DNA from: the human T2T-CHM13v2.0 reference genome, Homo sapiens
NCBI RefSeq assembly: GCF_009914755.1
Contig: NC_060934.1
Direction: 5' to 3' (one strand)
Length of the DNA stretch: 64,000 nt
Below the pieces are notes generated by a model. It ran no database searches, was not told where the DNA came from, and saw only the letters and a program-made list of their open reading frames with translations. A program made the position numbers and the translations under genes. This document shows positions 29,101-44,100 of the stretch, in pieces (positions within the stretch are counted from its first letter, which is position 1; each line of letters begins with the position of its first letter).

Positions 29101-32100
29101 GAATGGAATGGAATAATCCATGGACCCGAATGCAATCATCATCGAATAGAATCGAATGCAATCATCGAATGGACTCGAATGGAATAATCATTGAACGGAA
29201 TCGAATGGAATCATCGTCGAATGGAAACGCATGGAATCATCATCGAATGGAAATGAAAGGAGTCATCATCTAATGGAATCGCACGGAATCATCATCAAAT
29301 GGAATCGAATGGAATCATCATCGAATGGAATCTAATGGAATAATTGAACAGAAGTGAAAGGAATCATCATCGAATGAATTGAATGCAATCATCGAATGGT
29401 CTCGAATGTAACCATCTTCAAATGGAATGGAATGGAATCATCGCATAGAATCGAATGGAATTATCATCGAATGGACTCAAATGGAATCAACATCAAACGG
29501 AATCAAACGGAATTATCGAATGGAATCGAAGAGAATCATCGAATGGACTCGAATGGAATCATCTAATGGAATAGAATGGAATAATCCATGGACTCGAATG
29601 CAATCATCATCAAATGGAATCGAAAGGAATAGTCGAATGGACTCGAGTGGAATAAACATTCAACGGAATCGAATGGAATCGTCACCGGATGGAAACGAAT
29701 GGAATCATCATCGAATGGAATCGAATGGAATCATCAAATGGAATCAGATGAAATCATCATCAAATGGATTCGAATAGAATTATGGAATGAAATCCAATGT
29801 GATCATCATCGAATGGACACGAACGGAATCATCATCCAATGGAAACAAATGGAATCAACATCGAATGGAATCGAATGGAAACGCCATCGAAAGGAAACGA
29901 ATGGAATTATCATGAAATTGAAATGGATGGACTCATCATCGAATGGATTCGAATGGAATCACCGAATGAAATTGATAGAAATCATCATCAAATGGAATCG
30001 AATGGAATCATTGAATGGAATCGAATGGAATCATCATCAGATGGAAATGAATGGAATCATCACTGAATGGAATCGAATGGATTCATTGAATGGAATCTGA
30101 TGGAATCATCGAATGGACTTGAATGGAATCATTGAATGGACTCGAATGGAATCTTTATTGAATGGAATTGAATGGAATCATCGAATGGTCTCGAATGGAA
30201 TCATTATCAAATGGAATCGAATGGAATCACCGAATAGAATCGAATGGAACAATCATCGAATGGACTCAAATGGAATTATCCTCAAATGGAATCGAATGGA
30301 TTTATCGAATGCAATCGAATGGAATTATCGAAAGCAATCGAATAGAATCATCGAATGGACTCGAATGGAATCATCGAATGGAATGGAATGGAAGAGTCAA
30401 TGAACTCGAATGGAATCATCATTGAATGGAATCGAATGGAATCATCGAGTGGAATCGAATGGAATCATGATCAAATGGAATCGAATGTAATCATAATCAA
30501 ATGGAATTCAAAATCACCATCATCAATTGGTACTGAATGGAATTGTCATCAAATGGAATTCAAAGGAATCATCATCAAATGGAACCGAATGGAATCCTCA
30601 TTGAATGGAAATGAAAGGAGTCATCATCTAATGGAATCGCATGGAATCATCATCAAATGGAATCGAATGGAATCATCATCAAATGGAATCGAATGGAATC
30701 ATTGAACGGAATTGAATCGAGTCATCATCGAATGAATTGAATGCAATCATCGAATGGTCTCGAAAGGAATAATCTTCAAATGGAAAGGAATGGAATCATC
30801 TCATAGAATCGAATGGAATTATCAACGAATGGACTCGAATGGAATCAACATCAAACGGAATTATCGAATGGAATCGAAGAGAATCATCGAATGGTCACGA
30901 ATGGAATCATCTAATGGAATGGAATGTAATAATCCATGGACCCGAATGCAATCATCATCGAATAGAATCGAATGGAATCATCGAATGGACACGAATGGAA
31001 TAATCATTGAACGGAATCGAATGGAATCATCGTCGAATGGAAACGCATGGAATCATCATCGAATGGAAATGAAAGGAGTCATCATCAAATGGAATCGCAC
31101 GGAATCATCATCAAATGGAATCGAATGGAATCATCATCGAATGGAATCTAATTCAATAATTGAACGGAAGTGAATGGAATCGTCATCGAATGAATTGAAT
31201 GCAATCATCGAATGGTCTCGAATGGAATGATCTTCAAATGGAATGGAATGGAATCATCGCATAGAACCGAATGGAATTATCATCGAATGGACTCAAATGG
31301 AATCAACATCAAATGGAATCAAACGGAATTATCGAATGGAATCAAAGAGAATCATCGAATGGACTCGAATGGAATCATCTAATGAAATAGAATGGAATAA
31401 TCCATCGACTCGAATGCAATCATCATCAAATGGAATCGAATGGAATCGTCGAATGGACTCGAGTGGAATAAACATTCAACGGAATCGAATGGAATCGTCA
31501 CCGGATGGAAACGAATGGAATCATCATCGAATGGAATCGAATGGAATCATCAAATGGAATCAGATGAAATCATCATCAAATGGATTCGAATAGAATTATG
31601 GAATGAAATCCAATGTGATCATCATCGAATGGACACGAACGGAATCATCATCCAATGGAAACAAATGGAATCAACATCGAATGGAATCGAATGGAAACGC
31701 CATCGAAAGGAAACGAATGGAATTATCATGAAATTGAAATGGATGGACTCATCATCGAGTGGATTCGAATGGAATCACCGAATGAAATTGATTGAAATCA
31801 TCATCAAATGGAATCGAATGGAATCATTGAATGGAATCGAATGGAATCATCATCAGATGGAAATGAATGGAATCATCACTGAATGGAATCGAATGGATTC
31901 ATTGAATGCAATCTGATGGAATCATCGAATGGACTTGAATGGAATCATTGAATGGACTCAAATGGAATCTTTATTGAATGGAATTGAATGGAATCATCGA
32001 ATGGTTTCGAATGGAATCATTATCAAATGGAATCGAATGGAATCACCGAATAGAATCGAATGGAACAATCATCGAATGGACTCAAATGGAATTATCCTCA

Positions 32101-35100
32101 AATGGAATCGAATGGATTTATCAAATGCAATCGAATGGAATTATCGAAAGCAATCGAATAGAATCATCGAATGGACTCGAATGGAATCATCGAATGGAAT
32201 GGAATGGAAGAGTCAATGAACTCGAATGGAATCATCATTGAATGGAATCGAATGGAATCATCGAGTGGAATCGAATGGAATCATGATCAAATGGAATCGA
32301 ATGTAATCATCATCAAATGGAATCCAAAATCACCATCATCAATTGCTACTGAATGGAAATGTCATCAAATGGAATTCAAAGGAATCATCATAAAATGGAA
32401 CCGAATAGAATCCTCATTGAATGGAAATGAAAGGAGTCATCATCTAATGGAATCGCATGGAATCATCATCAAATGGAATCGAATGGAATCATCATCAAAT
32501 GGAATCGAATGGAATCATTGAACGGAATTGAATGGAATCGTCATCGAATGAATTGAATGCAATCATCGAATGGTCTCGAATGGAATCATCTTCAAATGGA
32601 AAGGAATGGAATCATCGCATAGAATCGAATGGAATTATCATCGAATGGACTCGAATGGAATCAACATCAAACGGAATCAAACGGAATAATCGAATGGAAT
32701 CGAAGAGAATCATCGAATGGCCACGAATGGAATCATCTAATGGAATGGAATGGAATAATCCATGGACCCGAATGCAATCATCATCGAATAGAATCGAATG
32801 GAATCATCGAATGGACTCGAATGGAATAATCTTTGAACGCAATCGAATGGAATCATCGAGTGGAATCGAATGGAATCATGATCAAATGGAATCGAATGTA
32901 ATCATCATCAAATGGAATCCAAAATCACCATCATCAATTGGTACTGAATGGAATTGTCATCAAATGGAATTCAAAGGAATCATCATCAAATGGAACCGAA
33001 TGGAATCCTCATTGAATGGAAATGAAAGGAGTCATCATCTAATGGAATCGCATGGAATCATCATCAAATGGAATCGAATGGAATCATCATCAAATGGAAT
33101 CGAATGGAATCATTGAACGGAATTGAATCGAATCGTCATCGAATGAATTGAATGCAATCATCGAATGGTCTCGAATGGAATCATCTTCAAATGGAAAGGA
33201 ATGGAATCATCGCATAGAATCGAATGGAATTATCATCGAATGGACTCGAATGGAATCAACATCAAACGGAATCAAACGGAATTATCGAATGGAATCGAAG
33301 AGAATCATCGAATGGACTCGAATGGAATCATCTAATGGAATGGAATGGAATAATCCATGGACCCGAATGCAATCATCATCGAATAGAATCGAATGCAATC
33401 ATCGAATGGACTCGAATGGAATAATCATTGAACGGAATCGAATGGAATCATCGTCGAATGGAAACGCATGGAATCATCATCGAATGGAAATGAAAGGAGT
33501 CATCATCTAATGGAATCGCACGGAATCATCATCAAATGGAATCGAATGGAATCATCATCGAATGGAATCTAATGGAATAATTTAACGGAAGTGAATGGAA
33601 TCATCATCGAATGAATTGAATGCAATCATCGAATGGTCTCGAATGTAACCATCTTCAAATGGAATGGAATGGAATCATCGCATAGAATCGAATGGAATTA
33701 TCATCGAATGGACTCAAATGGAATCAACATCAAACGGAATCAAACGGAATTATCGAATGGAATCGAAGAGAATCATCGAATGGACTCGAATGGAATCATC
33801 TAATGGAATAGAATGGAATAATCCATGGACTCGAATGCAATCATCATCAAATGGAATCGAATGGAATAGTCGAATGGACTCGAGTGGAATGAACATTCAA
33901 CGGAATCAAATGGAATCGTCACCGGATGGAAACGAATGGAATCATCATCGAATGGAATCGAATGGAATCATCAAATGGAATCAGATGAAATCATCATCAA
34001 ATGGATTCGAATAGAATTATGGAATGAAATCCAATGTGATCATCATCGAATGGACACGAACGGAATCATCATCCAATGGAAACAAATGGAATCAACATCG
34101 AATGGAATCGAATGGAAACGCCATCGAAAGGAAACGAATGGAATTATCATGAAATTGAAATGGATGGACTCATCATCGAATGGATTCGAATGGAATCACC
34201 GAATGAAATTGATTGAAATCATCATCAAATGGAATCGAATGGAATCATTGAATGGAATCGAATGGAATCATCATCAGATGGAAATGAATGGAATCATCAC
34301 TGAATGGAATCGAATGGATTCATTGAATGGAATCTGATGGAATCATCGAATGGACTTGAATGGAATCATTGAATGGACTCGAATGGAATCTTTATTGAAT
34401 GGAATTGAATGGAATCATCGAATGGTCTCGAATGGAATCATTATCAAATGGAATCGAATGGAATCACCGAATAGAATCGAATGGAACAATCATCGAATGG
34501 ACTCAAATGGAATTATCCTCAAATGGAATCGAATGGATTTATCGAATGCAATCGAATGGAATTATCGAAAGCAATCGAATAGAATCATCGAATGGACTCG
34601 AATGGAATCATCGAATGGAATGGAATGGAAGAGTCAATGAACTCGAATGGAATCATCGTTGAATGGAATCGAATGGAATCATCGAGTGGAATCGAATGGA
34701 ATCATGATCAAATGGAATCGAATGTAATCATAATCAAATGGAATTCAAAATCACCATCATCAATTGGTACTGGATGGAATTGTCATCAAATGGAATTCAA
34801 AGGAATCATCATCAAATGGAACCGAATGGAATCCTCATTGAATGGAAATGAAAGGAGTCATCATCTAATGGAATCGCATGGAATCATCATCAAATGGAAT
34901 CGAATGGAATCATCATCAAATGGAATCGAATGGAATCATTGAACGGAATTGAATCGAGTCGTCATCGAATGAATTGAATGCAATCACCGAATGGTCTCGA
35001 AAGGAATAATCTTCAAATGGAAAGGAATGGAATCATCTCATAGAATCGAATGGAATTATCAACGAATGGACTCGAATGGAATCAACATCAAACGGAATTA

Positions 35101-38100
35101 TCGAATGGAATCGAAGAGAATCATCGAATGGTCACGAATGGAATCATCTAATGGAATGGAATGTAATAATCCATGGACCCGAATGCAATCATCATCGAAT
35201 AGAATCGAATGGAATCATCGAATGGACACGAATGGAATAATCATTGAACGGAATCGAATTGAATCATCGTCGAATGGAAACGCATGGAATCATCATCGAA
35301 TGGAAATGAAAGGAGTCATCATCTAATGGAATCGCACGGAATCATCATCAAATGGAATCGAATGGAATCATCATCGAATGGAATCTAATGGAATAATTGA
35401 ACGGAAGTGAATGGAATCGTCATCGAATGAATTGAATGCAATCATCGAATGGTCTCGAATGTAACCATCTTCAAATGGAATGGAATGGAATCATCGCATA
35501 GAATCGAATGGAATTATCATCGAATGGACTCAAATGGAATCAACATCAAACGGAATCAAACGGAATTATCGAATGGAATCGAAGAGAATCATCGAATGGA
35601 CTCGAATGGAGTCATCTAATGAAATAGAATGGAATAATCCCTGGACTCGAATGCAATCATCATCAAATGGAATCGAATGGAATCGTCGAATGGACTCGAG
35701 TGGAATAAACATTGAAGGGAATCGAATGGAATCGTCACCGGATGGAAACGAATGGAATCATCATCGAATGGAATCGAATGGAATCATCAAATGGAATCAG
35801 ATGAAATCATCATCAAATGGATTCGAATAGAATTATGGAATGAAATCCAATGTGATCATCATCGAATGGACACGAACGGAATCATCATCCAATGGAAACA
35901 AATGGAATCAACATCGAATGGAATCGAATGGAAACGCCATCGAAAGGAAACGAATGGAATTATCATGAAATTGAAATGGATGGACTCATCATCGAGTGGA
36001 TTCGAATGGAATCACCGAATGAAATTGATTGAAATCATCATCAAATGGAATCGAATGGAATCATTGAATGGAATCGAATGGAATCATCATCAGATGGAAA
36101 TGAATGGAATCATCACTGAATGGAATCGAATGGATTCATTGAATGGAATCTGATGGAATCATCGAATGGACTTGAGTGGAATCATTGAATGGACTCAAAT
36201 GGAATCTTTATTGAATGGAATTGAATGGAATCATCGAATGGTTTCGAATGGAATCATTATCAAATGGAATCGAATGGAATCACCGAATAGAATCGAATGG
36301 AACAATCATCGAATGGACTCAAATGCAATTATCCTCAAATGGAATCGAATGGATTTATCGAATGCAATCGAATGGAATTATCGAAAGCAATCGAATAGAA
36401 TCATCGAATGGACTCGAATGAAATCATCGAATGGAATGGAATGGAAGAGTCAATGAACTCGAATGGAATCATCATTGAATGGAATCGAATGGAATCATCG
36501 AGTGGAATCGAATGGAATCATGATCAAAGGGAATCGAATGTAATCATCATCAAATGGAATCCAAAATCACCATCATCAATTGGTACTGAATGGAATTGTC
36601 ATCAAATGGAATTCAAAGGAATCATCATCAAATGGAACCGAATGGAATCCTCATTGAATGGAAATGAAAGGAGTCATCACCTAATGGAATCGCATGGAAT
36701 CATCATCAAATGGAATCGAATGGAATCATCATCAAATGGAATCGAATGGAATCATTGAACGGAATTGAATCGAATCGTCATCGAATGAATTGAATGCAAT
36801 CATCGAATGGTCTCGAATGGAATCATCTTCAAATGGAAAGGAATGGAATCATCGCATAGAATCGAATGGAATTATCATCGAATGGACCCGAATGGAATCA
36901 ACATCAAACGGAATCAAACGGAATAATCGAATGGAATCGAAGAGAATCATCGAATGGCCACGAATGGAATCATCTAATGGAATGGAATGGAATAATCCAT
37001 GGACCCGAATGCAATCATCATCGAATAGAATCGAATGGAATCATCGAATGGACTCGAATGGAATAATCTTTGAACGCAATCGAATGGAATCATCGAGTGG
37101 AATCGAATGGAATCATGATCAAATGGAATCGAATGTAATCATCATCAAATGGAATCCAAAATCACCATCATCAATTGGTACTCAATGGAATTGTCATCAA
37201 ATGGAATTCAAAGGAATCATCATCAAATGGAACCGAATGGAATCCTCATTGAATGGAAATGAAAGGAGTCATCATCTAATGGAATTGCATGGAATCATCA
37301 TCAAATGGAATCGAATGGAATCATCATCAAATGGAATCGAATGGAATCATTGAACGGAATTGAATGGAATCCTCATCGAATGAATTGAGTGCAATCATCG
37401 AATGGTCTCGAATGGAATCATCTTCAAATGGAAAGGAATGGAATCATCGCATAGAATCGAATGGAATTATCAACGAATGGACTCGAATGGAATCAACATC
37501 AAACGGAATCAAACGGAATTATCGAATGGAATCGAAGAGAATCATCGAATGGCCATGAATGGAATCATCTAATGGAATGGAATGGAATAATCCATGGACC
37601 CGAATGCAATCATCATCGAATAGAATCGAATGGAATCATCGAATGGACACGAATGGAATAATCATTGAATGGAATCGAATGGAATCATCGTCGAATGGAA
37701 ACGCATGGAATCATCATCGAATGGAAATGAAAGGAGTCATCATCTAATGAAATCGCACGGAATCATCATCAAATGGAATCGAATGGAAGCATCATCGAAT
37801 GGAATCTAATGGAATCATTGAACGGAATTGCATGGAATAGTCATCGAATGAATTGAATGCAATCATCGAATGGTGTCGAATGGAATCATCTTCAAATGGA
37901 ATGGAATGGAATCATCGCATAGAATCGAATGGAATTATCATCGAATGGCCTCAAATGGAATCAACATCAAACGGAATCAAACGGAATTATCGAATGGAAT
38001 CGAAGAGAATCATCGAATGGACTCGAATGGAATCATCTAATGAAATAGAATGGAATAATCCATGGACTCGAATGCAATCATCATCAAATGGAATCGAATG

Positions 38101-41100
38101 GAATCGTCGAATGGACTCGAGCGGAATAAACATTCAATGGAATCGAATGGAATCGTCACCGGATGGAAACGAATGGAATCATCATCGAATGGAATCGAAT
38201 GGAATCATCAAATGGAATCAGATGGAATCATCATCAAATGGAATCAAATAGAATTATGGAATGAAATCCAATGTGATCATCATCGAATGGACTCGAACGG
38301 AATCATCATCCAATGGAAACTAATGGAATCAACATCGAATGGAATCGAATGGAAACGCCATCGAATTGAAACGAATGGAATTATCATGAAATTGAAATGG
38401 ATGGACTCATCATCGAATGGATTCGAATGGAATCACCGAATGAAATTGATAGAAATCATCATCAAATGGAATCGAATGGAATCATTGAATGGAATCGAAT
38501 GGAATCATCATCAGATGGAAATGAATGGAATCATCATTGAATGGAATAGAATGGATTCTTTGAATGGAATCTGATGGAATCATCGAATGGTCTTGAATGG
38601 AATCATTGAATGGACTCGAATGGAATCTTTATTGAATGGAATTGAATGGAATCATCGAATGGTCTCGAATGGAATCATTATCAAATGGAATCGAATGGAA
38701 TCACCGAATAGAATCGAATGGAACAATCATCGAATGGACTCAAGTGGAATTATCCTCAAATGGAATCAAATGGAATTATCGAATGCAATCTAATGGAATT
38801 ATCGAATGCAATCGAATAGAATCATCGAATGGACTCGAATGGAATCATCGAATGGAATGGAATGGAAGAGTCAATGAACTCGAATGGAATCATCATTGAA
38901 TGGAATCGAATGGAATCATCGAGTGGAATCGAATGGAATCATGATCAAATGGAATGGAATGTAATCATCATCAAATGGAATCCAAAATCACCATCATCAA
39001 TTGGTACTGAATGGAATTGTCATCAAATGGAATTCAAAGGAATCATCATCAAATGGAACCGAATGGAATCCTCATTGAATGGAAATGAAAGGAGTCATCA
39101 TCTAATGGAATCGCATGGAATCATCATCAAATGGAATCGAATGGAATCATCATCAAATGGAATCGAATGGAATCATTGAACGGAATTGAATCGAATCGTC
39201 ATCGAATGAATTGAATGCAATCATCGAATGGTCTCGAATGGAATCATCTTCAAATGGAAAGGAATGGAATCATCGCATAGAATCGAATGGAATTATCATC
39301 GAATGGACTCGAATGGAATCAACATCAAACGGAATCAAACGGAATTATCGAATGGAATCGAAGAGAATCATCGAATGGACTCGAATGGAATCATCTAATG
39401 GAATGGAATGGAATAATCCATGGACCCGAATGCAATCATCATCGAATAGAATCGAATGCAATCATCGAATGGACTCGAATGGAATAATCATTGAACGGAA
39501 TCGAATGGAATCATCGTCGAATGGAAACGCATGGAATCATCATCGAATGGAAATGAAAGGAGTCATCATCTAATGGAATCGCACGGAATCATCATCAAAT
39601 GGAATCGAATGGAATCATCATCGAATGGAATCTAATGGAATAATTTAACGGAAGTGAATGGAATCATCATCGAATGAATTGAATGCAATCATCGAATGGT
39701 CTCGAATGTAACCATCTTCAAATGGAATGGAATGGAATCATCGCATAGAATCGAATGGAATTATCATCGAATGGACTCAAATGGAATCAACATCAAACGG
39801 AATCAAACGGAATTATCGAATGGAATCGAAGAGAATCATCGAATGGACTCGAATGGAATCATCTAATGGAATAGAATGGAATAATCCATGGACTCGAATG
39901 CAATCATCATCAAATGGAATCGAATGGAATAGTCGAATGGACTCGAGTGGAATAAACATTCAACGGAATTGAATGGAATCGTCACCGGATGGAAACGAAT
40001 GGAATCATCATCGAATGGAATCGAATGGAATCATCAAATGGAATCAGATGAAATCATCATCAAATGGATTCGAATAGAATTATGGAATGAAATCCAATGT
40101 GATCATCATCGAATGGACACGAACGGAATCATCATCCAATGGAAACAAATGGAATCAACATCGAATGGAATCGAATGGAAACGCCATCGAAAGGAAACGA
40201 ATGGAATTATCATGAAATTGAAATGGATGGACTCATCATCGAATGGATTCGAATGGAATCACCGAATGAAATTGATTGAAATCATCATCAAATGGAATCG
40301 AATGGAATCATTGAATGGAATCGAATGGAATCATCATCAGATGGAAATGAATGGAATCATCACTGAATGGAATCGAATGGATTCATTGAATGGAATCTGA
40401 TGGAATCATCGAATGGACTTGAATGGAATCATTGAATGGACTCGAATGGAATCTTTATTGAATGGAATTGAATGGAATCATCGAATGGTCTCGAATGGAA
40501 TCATTATCAAATGGAATCGAATGGAATCACCGAATAGAATCGAATGGAACAATCATCGAATGGACTCAAATGGAATTATCCTCAAATGGAATCGAATGGA
40601 TTTATCGAATGCAATCGAATGGAATTATCGAAAGCAATCGAATAGAATCATCGAATGGACTCGAATGGAATCATCGAATGGAATGGAATGGAAGAGTCAA
40701 TGAACTCGAATGGAATCATCGTTGAATGGAATCGAATGGAATCATCGAGTGGAATCGAATGGAATCATGATCAAATGGAATCGAATGTAATCATCATCAA
40801 ATGGAATCCAAAATCACCATCATCAATTGGTACTGAATGGAATTGTCATCAAATGGAATTCAAAGGAATCATCATCAAATGGAACCGAATGGAATCCTCA
40901 TTGAATGGAAATGAAAGGAGTCATCACCTAATGGAATCGCATGGAATCATCATCAAATGGAATCGAATGGAATCATCATCAAATGGAATCGAATGGAATC
41001 ATTGAACGGAATTGAATCGAATCGTCATCGAATGAATTGAATGCAATCATCGAATGGTCTCGAATGGAATCATCTTCAAATGGAAAGGAATGGAATCATC

Positions 41101-44100
41101 GCATAGAATCGAATGGAATTATCATCGAATGGACCCGAATGGAATCAACATCAAACGGAATCAAACGGAATAATCGAATGGAATCGAAGAGAATCATCGA
41201 ATGGCCACGAATGGAATCATCTAATGGAATGGAATGGAATAATCCATGGACCCGAATGCAATCATCATCGAATAGAATCGAATGGAATCATCGAATGGAC
41301 TCGAATGGAATAATCTTTGAACGCAATCGAATGGAATCATCGAGTGGAATCGAATGGAATCATGATCAAATGGAATCGAATGTAATCATCATCAAATGGA
41401 ATCCAAAATCACCATCATCAATTGGTACTGAATGGAATTGTCATCAAATGGAATTCAAAGGAATCATCATCAAATGGAACCGAATGGAATCCTCATTGAA
41501 TGGAAATGAAAGGAGTCATCATCTAATGGAATTGCATGGAATCATCATCAAATGGAATCGAATGGAATCATCATCAAATGGAATCGAATGGAATCATTGA
41601 ACGGAATTGAATGGAATCCTCATCGAATGAATTGAGTGCAATCATCGAATGGTCTCGAATGGAATCATCTTCAAATGGAAAGGAATGGAATCATCGCATA
41701 GAATCGAATGGAATTATCAACGAATGGACTCGAATGGAATCAACATCAAACGGAATCAAACGGAATTATCGAATGGAATCGAAGAGAATCATCGAATGGC
41801 CATGAATGGAATCATCTAATGGAATGGAATGGAATAATCCATGGACCCGAATGCAATCATCATCGAATAGAATCGAATGGAATCATCGAATGGACACGAA
41901 TGGAATAATCATTGAATGGAATCGAATGGAATCATCGTCGAATGGAAACGCATGGAATCATCATCGAATGGAAATGAAAGGAGTCATCATCTAATGAAAT
42001 CGCACGGAATCATCATCAAATGGAATCGAATGGAAGCATCATCGAATGGAATCTAATGGAATCATTGAACGGAATTGCATGGAATCGTCATCGAATGAAT
42101 TGAATGCAATCATCGAATGGTGTCGAATGGAATCATCTTCAAATGGAATGGAATGGAATCATCGCATAGAATCGAATGGAATTATCATCGAATGGCCTCA
42201 AATGGAATCAACATCAAACGGAATCAAACGGAATTATCGAATGGAATCGAAGAGAATCATCGAATGGACTCGAATGGAATCATCTAATGAAATAGAATGG
42301 AATAATCCATGGACTCGAATGCAATCATCATCAAATGGAATCGAATGGAATCGTCGAATGGACTCGAGCGGAATAAACATTCAATGGAATCGAATGGAAT
42401 CGTCACCGGATGGAAACGAATGGAATCATCATCAAATGGAATCGAATGGAATCATCAAATGGAATCAGATGGAATCATCATCAAATGGAATCAAATAGAA
42501 TTATGGAATGAAATCCAATGTGATCATCATCGAATGGACTCGAACGGAATCATCATCCAATGGAAACTAATGGAATCAACATCGAATGGAATCGAATGGA
42601 AACGCCATCGAATTGAAACGAATGGAATTATCATGAAATTGAACTGGATGGACTCATCATCGAATGGATTCGAATGGAATCACCGAATGAAATTGATAGA
42701 AATCATCATCAAATGGAATCGAATGGAATCATTGAATGGAATCGAATGGAATCATCATCAGATGGAAATGAATGGAATCATCATTGAATGGAATAGAATG
42801 GATTCTTTGAATGGAATCTGATGGAATCATCGAATGGTCTTGAATGGAATCATTGAATGGACTCGAATGGAATCTTTATTGAATGGAATTGAATGGAATC
42901 ATCGAATGGTCTCGAATGGAATCATTATCAAATGGAATCGAATGGAATCACCGAATAGAATCGAATGGAACAATCATCGAATGGACTCAAGTGGAATTAT
43001 CCTCAAATGAAATCAAATGGAATTATCGAATGCAATCTAATGGAATTATCGAATGCAATCGAATAGAATCATCGAATGGACTCGAATGGAATCATCGAAT
43101 GGAATGGAATGGAAGAGTCAATGAACTCGAATGGAATCATCATTGAATGGAATCGAATGGAATCATCGAGTGGAATCGAATGGAATCATGATCAAATGGA
43201 ATGGAATGTAATCATCATCAAATGGAATCCAAAATCACCATCATCAATTGGTACTGAATGGAATTGTCATCAAATGGAATTCAAAGGAATCATCATCAAA
43301 TGGAACCGAATGGAATCCTCATTGAATGGAAATGAAAGGAGTCATCATCTAATGGAATCGCATGGAATCATCATCAAATGGAATCGAATGGAATCATCAT
43401 CAAATGGAATCGAATGGAATCATTGAACGGAATTGAATCGAATCGTCATCGAATGAATTGAATGCAATCATCGAATGGTCTCGAATGGAATCATCTTCAA
43501 ATGGAAAGGAATGGAATCATCGCATAGAATCGAATGGAATTATCATCGAATGGACTCGAATGGAATCAACATCTAACGGAATCAAACGGAATTATCGAAT
43601 GGAATCGAAGAGAATCATCGAATGGACTCGAATGGAATCATCTAATGGAATGGAATGGAATAATCCATGGACCCGAATGCAATCATCATCGAATAGAATC
43701 GAATGCAATCATCGAATGGACTCGAATGGAATAATCATTGAACGGAATCGAATGGAATCATCGTCGAATGGAAACGCATGGAATCATCATCGAATGGAAA
43801 TGAAAGGAGTCATCATCTAATGGAATCGCACGGAATCATCATCAAATGGTATCGAATGGAATCATCATCGAATGGAATCTAATGGAATAATTTAACGGAA
43901 GTGAATGGAATCATCATCGAATGAATTGAATGCAATCATCGAATGGTCTCGAATGTAACCATCTTCAAATGGAATGGAATGGAATCATCGCATAGAATCG
44001 AATGGAATTATCATCGAATGGACTCAAATGGAATCAACATCAAACGGAATCAAACGGAATTATCGAATGGAATCGAAGAGAATCATCGAATGGACTCGAA

